Origin: an uncultured delta proteobacterium
Lineage (GTDB): Bacteria; Myxococcota_A; UBA9160; SZUA-336
Length of the DNA stretch: 64,000 bases
Assembly: GCA_963704165.1 (NCBI GenBank)
Contig: CAVPHD010000012.1
Coordinates: forward strand, 1 to 64,000
Reading direction: 5' to 3'
Positions 57,807 to 64,000 of the stretch are shown in pieces (position 1 is the first letter of the stretch; every line of letters begins with the position of its first letter). The notes below the pieces were generated by a model that made no database searches, had not been told where the DNA came from, and saw only the letters and a program-made list of their open reading frames with translations. Made by a program: the position numbers and the translations under genes.

Positions 57807-58595
57807 GTGAGCGCAGCGACCCCGTTTCGATTTCATCTGCCGCTCGATCTACGCGAGCCGGTCGTGATTCTCGCGTACGCGGGCTGGAACGACGGAGGTG
57901 AAGCGGCGACGACGGCGGTGGCGCATCTGCTCGAGACGTTCAGCGCGCGCAAGGTCGCGACGCTCGAGATGGAGGAGTTCGTCGACTATACGGTCGTGCG
58001 CCCGCACGTGCGTCTCTCCGATGCCGGCGAGCGGCAGATCCGATGGCCCGACCACGAGTTCTTCGCGATCCGCTCCGAGACGAGTCCGTTCGATCTCGTC
58101 GTCGGCCTCGGCGTCGAGCCGCATCTGCGCTGGCGTGCGTTCTCGGCCGCGATCGTCGATCTCGTCGATCGGATCGACGCGAAGCTCGTGATCCTGCTCG
58201 GCGCATTCCTCGACGAGGTCATCTATTCGCAACCGATCCAGGTGATCGGCGGTAGCACGAATCCCGAACTCGTCTCGCGATTGGAGCTCCCACCGTCGCG
58301 CTACGAGGGACCGACCGGAATCGTCGGCGTGCTCGGTGACGCGCTGCAGGTCGCAGAGGTCCCCACGCTCTCGCTCTGGGCGCGGCTGCCGCACTACGTG
58401 CAGGAGCTTCCGAACTCACGCGCCGCGCTGGCGCTCTTGCAGCGAGTCGAAGCAACCACCGGCTTCCCGCTCGACAAGACGGCGCTCGAGAGCGCGGCGG
58501 CGACCTTCGATCAGGAGGTCTCGGAAGCGATCGCCGCCGATCCACAGCTCTCCGCCTACGTGCGCGAGCTGAAGCGTCGCGCGTTCTCGCAGTAG
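57807..58595 (+). CDS. PAC2 family (proteasome assembly chaperone-like) protein
   Basis: AYAGWNDGGEAA, DYTVVRP, GVEPHLRW, YEGPTGIVGVL, LPHYV, AYVRELK. Confidence 0.85.
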   Translation: MSAATPFRFHLPLDLREPVVILAYAGWNDGGEAATTAVAHLLETFSARKVATLEMEEFVDYTVVRPHVRLSDAGERQIRWPDHEFFAIRSETSPFDLVVGLGVEPHLRWRAFSAAIVDLVDRIDAKLVILLGAFLDEVIYSQPIQVIGGSTNPELVSRLELPPSRYEGPTGIVGVLGDALQVAEVPTLSLWARLPHYVQELPNSRAALALLQRVEATTGFPLDKTALESAAATFDQEVSEAIAADPQLSAYVRELKRRAFSQ

Positions 58596-58607
58596 GCGCA
58601 GAGCGCG

Positions 58608-59460
58608 CTAGAACAGCTGCTCGAAGATGCGTCGAGTCGCGGGCGAGCGATTCAGCGTGTAGAAGTGCAGACCGGGCGCGCCGCGCCGCAGCAGCTCGCG
58701 GCATTGCGCGGTCGCCCACTCGATGCCGATCTCGAGCGTGCGCTCGTCGTCGGATCCCGCTTCGTCGAGCGCACGGCCGAGCACTTCGGGAATGCGTGCA
58801 CCGCAGAGCGTGGTCATGCGCCGGATCGAGGCCGTGCTCACGACCGGCATGATTCCCGGGACGATCGGCACCGTGATGCCAGCCGCGCGCGCGCGCGCGA
58901 CGAAGTCGAAGTAGTCCGCATCGTCGAAGAAGAGCTGCGTGATCAGGAAATCGACGCCCGCCCCCACCTTCTGCACCAGCATCGCGAGGTCGTGCTCGGG
59001 ACTCGGGGCGCTCGGGTGCTTCTCGGGGTAGCACGCGGCCCCGACGCAGAACTGCTTTCGCGGACGGATCAGCTCGACGAGCTCGTTCGCGTAGCGCAGC
59101 GAGCCGGGCGCCGGCTGGTAGTTCGTCGGGCTGGTCGCCGCCGAGCGCGAGCACGTTCTCGATTCCCGCGGCCTCGAGCTGATCGAGGGTCCCGCCCAGA
59201 TCTTCGCGCGTCGAGCCAACGCAGGAGAGATGCGCCATCGCGGTGAGGCCGATCTCGTCCTGGATGCGAGTGACCAGTTCCACCGTCTTGCGCCGCGTGG
59301 AGCCACCCGCGCCCCAGGTCACCGACACGAACGCCGGCGAGAGCCCCTCGAGCTCGGCGATCGTGCGGAAGAGCGAATCGAATCCCCCGTCCGTCTTCGG
59401 AGGGAAGAACTCGAACGAGATCACGGGCGATCCCTTGCCGAAGCGCTCCGCGATTCTCAT
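58608..59460 (-). CDS. metF: 5,10-methylenetetrahydrofolate reductase (frameshift near 59125)
   Basis: SFEFFPPK, SVTWGAGG, AHLSC, ACYPEKH, ITQLFFD, HFYTLN. Confidence 0.93.
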
Positions 59461-59527
59461 GACTTCTCCGCCAGCGCGCGCCTGTCGCGCCTCAAGACGA
59501 CTCGAAACGACTCCGATTCTATCCGGA

Positions 59528-59881
59528 GTGAGAGTATCCGCGCGCGCACGACGACGAGTCCTCACCTCGCGCGTTCCGATCCGCTTCATGGCGGAGGGAA
59601 CCGAGGGACTCGGTCACTTGAAGAACGTCTCGCGCTCCGGAATGTGCGTGCGCTCCGTGGACATCCCGCGACCCGGCGTGGCGATCGCGCTTCAGTTCGA
59701 GCTGCCGACGACGGGAGCGCTCGTGGATCTGCGCGGCGAGGTGCGGTGGAGCAGCGACCGGCTGAGCACGGTCGGCCTTCAGTCGGGGTTCGGCGTGCTC
59801 CTGCACGAGCCGCCTCCGCAGTTCCGTGAGTTCCTCCGCTGGGCGATCGAGCAGCTCGAGAAGGAAGACGGGCGCCCGTAG
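59528..59881 (+). CDS. PilZ domain protein (start uncertain)
   Basis: Arg-rich RARRR, NVSRSG, GEVRW, GFGV. Confidence 0.8.
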   Translation: MRVSARARRRVLTSRVPIRFMAEGTEGLGHLKNVSRSGMCVRSVDIPRPGVAIALQFELPTTGALVDLRGEVRWSSDRLSTVGLQSGFGVLLHEPPPQFREFLRWAIEQLEKEDGRP

Positions 59882-59906
59882 CTTCGGCTGTGCTATGCAG
59901 GCGCGC

Positions 59907-60587
59907 ATGCCGCGCCCGGGCACCGATCGGCTGATCCTCCCGCTCGACGTCGATTCGCTCGCGCAGGCGCTGCCCTGGGTTGCTCGCCTGCGCGGCTGCG
60001 TCGGGATCTTCAAGGTCGGGCTCGAGCTCTTCTCGGCCGCCGGGCCCGAAGCCGTTCGTGCGGTGCGCGACGCGAGCGGCGCCGGCGTCTTCCTCGACGT
60101 GAAGCTCCACGACATTCCTGCGACCGTCGAGGGCGCGGCGCGAGCGCTTCGCGGACTCGGTCCGGCGATGCTCACGGTGCACACCTCCGGGGGCAAGGCG
60201 ATGCTCGAAGCGGCCGTGCGCGGCGCGGGTCCGGACGTGCTCGTGCTCGGAGTCACGAAGCTCACGAGCCTGCACGCGTCCATCGACGAGATCTGCGACC
60301 TCGCAGGCCAGGCACGCGACGCCGGATGTGGGGGGATCGTCTGCTCCGGGGCCGAGGCGGCGGCGGTTCGCCGGGCCGTCGGTCCGGCGCTGCGGATCGT
60401 CTGCCCCGGAGTCCGCCCGATCGGCGGCGATGCAGGTGACCAGGCGCGGGTCGTCACGGCAACGGCTGCGATCGAAGCGGGCGCCGACTACGTCGTCTGC
60501 GGCCGGCCGATTCGCGACGCCGCCGATCCCGTGGCCGCGGCGAACGCGATCGCCGACGAGATCGCGCGCGCCCTCGCGAAGCGCTGA
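59907..60587 (+). CDS. pyrF: Orotidine-5'-phosphate decarboxylase
   Basis: FKVGLELF, FLDVKLHDIPATV, PGVRP, DQARV, GRPI. Confidence 0.95.
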   Translation: MPRPGTDRLILPLDVDSLAQALPWVARLRGCVGIFKVGLELFSAAGPEAVRAVRDASGAGVFLDVKLHDIPATVEGAARALRGLGPAMLTVHTSGGKAMLEAAVRGAGPDVLVLGVTKLTSLHASIDEICDLAGQARDAGCGGIVCSGAEAAAVRRAVGPALRIVCPGVRPIGGDAGDQARVVTATAAIEAGADYVVCGRPIRDAADPVAAANAIADEIARALAKR

Positions 60588-60594
60588 CCCCAAA

Positions 60595-60639
60595 CGAAAC
60601 CGGCCGGGGACCCCCGCGTGGAGATCCCCGGCCGTTTCG
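60595..60639. terminator. Hairpin between convergent pyrF and pilY1; probable bidirectional terminator
   Basis: CGGCCGGGGA/TCCCCGGCCG stem extended by CGAAA/TTTCG. Confidence 0.7.
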
Positions 60640-60654
60640 CCTCGGACGTTCGAG

Positions 60655-63600
60655 CTAGAAGTTCTGGCGCCAGTAGATCATGTCGACCGGATCCAGCGTC
60701 AGACCGCCACCGTCGGGGTTCGTGACCTCGCCCGTAGACGTCTGCGCGGTGATCCGCACGATGATCCGGCCCGTCGAGTCGCGCGAGACGGTGATGCGCG
60801 GATCCGTCGGCGCGCCATTTCCGATGATTCGCGTGCGCACCATTTGGTTGACGTTGACCGGATCGTTCAGCGCAGCCGCTCCGTCGTCGAGCGACCAGGC
60901 CCATTCCGCCGTCTTGCCGCCGATGTAGCAGTTCGCGGAGGCGACGGCGCCCGGCTCGTCCGGAGTGTACGAGACGGTCGCCACGTTCCCGCTGAAGATC
61001 AGGTGGTTCGTGATGAACTTCTCGCCATCCGGCACACGGAAGAAGTAGCCCTCGTCCGTCGTGTTCGGATCGGTCGCCAGTCCCGTCATGTCCGTCAGCC
61101 GGCCGTGGCCGGACAGCGGTACCGTGGCGGGCCAGAGCGGCTCCTCGTAGATCGGGTACGTCACCGGGAATGCACCCGCACCCGTCGGCGTTCGATCCTT
61201 CAGCACCCAGAAGCGGTTGTTGTCGTCGTACCGGCCGACGAGGCTGTTCGGATCGTTCGGGTCCTCCTCGCCGCGATAGCCGAGGTTCGCGCGCTCGCCG
61301 CTCGCGAAGCTCAGCGTGAGGATGCGGTTGTTGAACGCCGCGGCCGCGCTCTGGAAGATGCTGTGGTAGTGGAGGACGCCTCCGGACGTCGTCGCGACCG
61401 GCGACTCGAAGATCACGCCGGCCGGCCAGGTCGAGTTCGGCACCACGCCCGCGACCGGCACGCCGACCTCCGACAGGTCCCACTTCCACATCTGTCCGCC
61501 GAGATCGCCGATGTACACGACGTCCGCGAACCCGTCGAAGTTCAGGTCGAGGACCGCCGGCTCCGCCGGGATCGCGTACCGCATCTTCGAGAAGGTCGCG
61601 CTGTTCGGATCCTGCGACAGACGCGCGAGGATCGTCCCGTCCTTGACGCGCACGATGTAGACGCCGCGTCCCTTCGTGGTGTAGGAGCCGGAGTTCGGAT
61701 CGTTCGTGTAGGACGCCAGGTTCGGATCACCCTGGGCCCGATAGCCGGCACCGAAGATCGCGACCCACTCCTCGATGCAGTCGCCGTCGCCGTTGTCGAG
61801 GCCACAGCGATCTCCGTAGCTGAGACCCGCGCGCAGCTTCACGCGCGTGAGGACCGGCTTGGACCAGGTCTCACCCAGACCCGCGTGCGTGAACTCCCAC
61901 ATGAAGCGCGGGTACGGGCCGTGATAGCCGGCCGTCGCGGTCGGATCCGTCACGTCGAGCGCGAGCACGCTCTCGCCGCCCTCGCGAAGCGGGGTGAGCA
62001 GGACCGTGGTCCAGTCCGTGCCCTCCTTCGTCCCGTTCATGTTGTAGTCGATCCAGACGTCCGCAGCGGCCGCGGCGCCATCGACGGTGTAGATCTTTCC
62101 GTTGTCCCACTTCGGCAGGTCCTTGATCTTCGAGAGCACTCCGCCGGGGATGTAGGCGAAGCGCTCCGTCCCGTCGCCGGCCGAGTAGTACTCGTCGCCG
62201 GTCACGCTCGGGCTCGGATCGACGAAGCTGCCGGCCGAGAAGGCGTGCAGCATGCCGTCGTTGGCGCCGACGTACATGACGCGGTCGCGGTACTTGTGCG
62301 TGTACATGAAGGTTCCGCTCGTGGTCTGCGGTCCGTAGCCCGTCTCGTTGCGCAGGTAGGTGAGCGCCGGGCCGATCGCCAGCGGGTTGGAGTGGAAGAT
62401 GTCGCCGAGCACGAACTCGCGCGGATCCGTGGTCGAGAGGTCTTCGTCCTCGTCGAAGGCGTCGAGGCCGTGCGTGAAGTTCACGATCGCGTCGGCGAGC
62501 TGCTCGGCGGTCGTGAAGTCGATCACGGCCGGATCCTGCGGGAACTGAGGCTCTTCCGAGAGAGCCACGCCGAGATCGGTCGCCGTGATCCCCGCCACCG
62601 TGAACGGCGCGCGGGCACTGGACTTGGTCGTGTAGATCGTGCGCGAGTTGTAGGCCGCGAGCAGCGTGTCGGATGCGTCCCAGAAGGGATTGCGCGGCTC
62701 GTAGAACAGGTTGGTCAGCGGATCGATCGCCGGCGAATTGGCCGCGTCGACGACGGTCAACGTCTCGTCCACACGGAACGCCTGGAGGTGTCCCGGCCAG
62801 AGCGATCGGCGACCGCCCGGCGCGAAGTACGCCGTATAGAAGCCGTCGCCGTACAGGGTGCGGCTCGCGGGAACGTTCGCCGCCGTCAGCGTCGCGTTGC
62901 GCCGCAGGATGTCGGTGACCGCGGTGCTCAGCACCGCGGCGAGCTCGTCGGCGTCGCTCGACGAGTAGTACTCGCCGTCGCCGCGATCGGCCGCGTGCTG
63001 AAGGAGGGGCGAGTCGAGCGAGAAGCCGACCGTGTAGGTGATGGCGTTCTGGGTGCCGGTGATCGTCGGACGCAGATCGGTGGCGAAAAGATAGGCCGCC
63101 ACGTCGTCCGTGTAGTCGCCGTCGCCGTCGATGAAGGGACCGATCGTGTTCGTGAAGGAGGTGCCGTGGTGGTTGTTCGCGTCCGAGGTCGGCAGACCGT
63201 CGGTCACGACGACGATGAAGATCTTGTCGCACTGGGTGGCGACGGGGCTCTGCGGCGCGGACGAGGCCGTCACCGTGGAGCCGCTCGTGTTGCGGTTGTA
63301 CTGAGCGTACCAGCCGGGCGACGTCCCGAGCCGGCTCGCGCCGGCGAGGTAGCGACCGACGTCGACGAGTGTTTCGGAAAGCGGCGTGGAGCCCGAAGCC
63401 GGCATCACGGCGACCTGCGCGAGCAGGGAGACCTTGTTGTTCAGGTCGGCCGGGACGACGACGTAGCCGCCGTTGCTGGCCGAACCGTCGTAGCGCGCGA
63501 GCCCGAACTTGACCTTCGGATCCTGACCGTCGACGTTCATCTCGTTGACCAGCGCCGTCACCGCCTGCTTTGCGGCCGCGAGGCGATCCTGGGCGATGAA

Positions 63601-64000
63601 CGGAACCGGCGTGTTCCCCTTGTAGATCTCGTTCATCATCCAGAACAGGTAGTTCGGCGGATACATCGTCGTCGACGTGTACGAGAGGTCGGGCGTGGTG
63701 ATCGTGGTGAAGGACTGGGTCACCGTGCTGCCACCCTCTCGGCGGCGCGCGCGGTTCGTCGTCGAGCAGCTGAACGCGGACGGGACGTCCGTGCAGCCGC
63801 CCGGCACGTTCCAGCACTTGATCACACTGCCGCTCGAGACCAGGCTGTTGAAGTCGTCGTCGTCGGGGCACGACGGCTGCGAGCCCGGATTCAGCGCGCT
63901 CATGCAGACGGCCTGCGAGTACCCGCTGTTCGAGGACGACGGGAAGATCTGGCAGGTCCGCTCGTAGTTCTCGGTGCTCGTGCCGTTGCCCGTGCCGCTG
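60655..64000 (-). CDS. pilY1: Type IV pilus tip adhesin PilY1/PilC (vWA + beta-propeller); 5' end outside window
   Basis: TPLSETL, VVVTDGLP, LGDIFHSNP, YVGANDGMLHAF, ERFAYIP, LGETWSKP, DLNFDGFADVVYIGDLGG. Confidence 0.92.
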   Translation of the reverse strand, partial: SGTGNGTSTENYERTCQIFPSSSNSGYSQAVCMSALNPGSQPSCPDDDDFNSLVSSGSVIKCWNVPGGCTDVPSAFSCSTTNRARRREGGSTVTQSFTTITTPDLSYTSTTMYPPNYLFWMMNEIYKGNTPVPFIAQDRLAAAKQAVTALVNEMNVDGQDPKVKFGLARYDGSASNGGYVVVPADLNNKVSLLAQVAVMPASGSTPLSETLVDVGRYLAGASRLGTSPGWYAQYNRNTSGSTVTASSAPQSPVATQCDKIFIVVVTDGLPTSDANNHHGTSFTNTIGPFIDGDGDYTDDVAAYLFATDLRPTITGTQNAITYTVGFSLDSPLLQHAADRGDGEYYSSSDADELAAVLSTAVTDILRRNATLTAANVPASRTLYGDGFYTAYFAPGGRRSLWPGHLQAFRVDETLTVVDAANSPAIDPLTNLFYEPRNPFWDASDTLLAAYNSRTIYTTKSSARAPFTVAGITATDLGVALSEEPQFPQDPAVIDFTTAEQLADAIVNFTHGLDAFDEDEDLSTTDPREFVLGDIFHSNPLAIGPALTYLRNETGYGPQTTSGTFMYTHKYRDRVMYVGANDGMLHAFSAGSFVDPSPSVTGDEYYSAGDGTERFAYIPGGVLSKIKDLPKWDNGKIYTVDGAAAAADVWIDYNMNGTKEGTDWTTVLLTPLREGGESVLALDVTDPTATAGYHGPYPRFMWEFTHAGLGETWSKPVLTRVKLRAGLSYGDRCGLDNGDGDCIEEWVAIFGAGYRAQGDPNLASYTNDPNSGSYTTKGRGVYIVRVKDGTILARLSQDPNSATFSKMRYAIPAEPAVLDLNFDGFADVVYIGDLGGQMWKWDLSEVGVPVAGVVPNSTWPAGVIFESPVATTSGGVLHYHSIFQSAAAAFNNRILTLSFASGERANLGYRGEEDPNDPNSLVGRYDDNNRFWVLKDRTPTGAGAFPVTYPIYEEPLWPATVPLSGHGRLTDMTGLATDPNTTDEGYFFRVPDGEKFITNHLIFSGNVATVSYTPDEPGAVASANCYIGGKTAEWAWSLDDGAAALNDPVNVNQMVRTRIIGNGAPTDPRITVSRDSTGRIIVRITAQTSTGEVTNPDGGGLTLDPVDMIYWRQNF

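Overview
The window looks like two unrelated genomes joined at about 19,143. The left part (1-19.1 kb) is alphaproteobacterial (Hyphomicrobiales-like) and nearly every gene is broken by indels, which fits low-accuracy long-read sequence. It carries gltB-NAT-gltD, an SGNH protein, a lytic transglycosylase, galE/galU, an outer-membrane beta-barrel, kpsF, a PomAB-type stator, nfeD/SPFH, hemH and response regulators, plus three CtrA-box-like sites. The right part (19.1-64 kb) is a cleaner, very GC-rich Myxococcota/Deltaproteobacteria-like segment. It runs from a truncated dnaX and the SRP RNA through housekeeping genes (thiI, mutM, gatCA, mtnA, ilvE, ispG, gloA, tkt, metF, pyrF) to c-di-GMP genes and pilY1. 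The main candidates for new biology are: (1) an orphan PafA/Pup-ligase-family gene with a transmembrane hairpin inserted in its catalytic domain, leading a probable operon with gatC-gatA but no gatB, pup or proteasome genes; (2) three intact sugar-modification-type genes with altered catalytic or cofactor motifs, including a formyltransferase-DegT double pseudoenzyme; (3) an ACL-like SucCD with a ferredoxin; (4) apparent ATA and CTG start codons in 4-nt gene overlaps. I saw no CRISPR array, rRNA, tRNA or transposase. All family assignments come from recognising motifs by eye; no searches were run.
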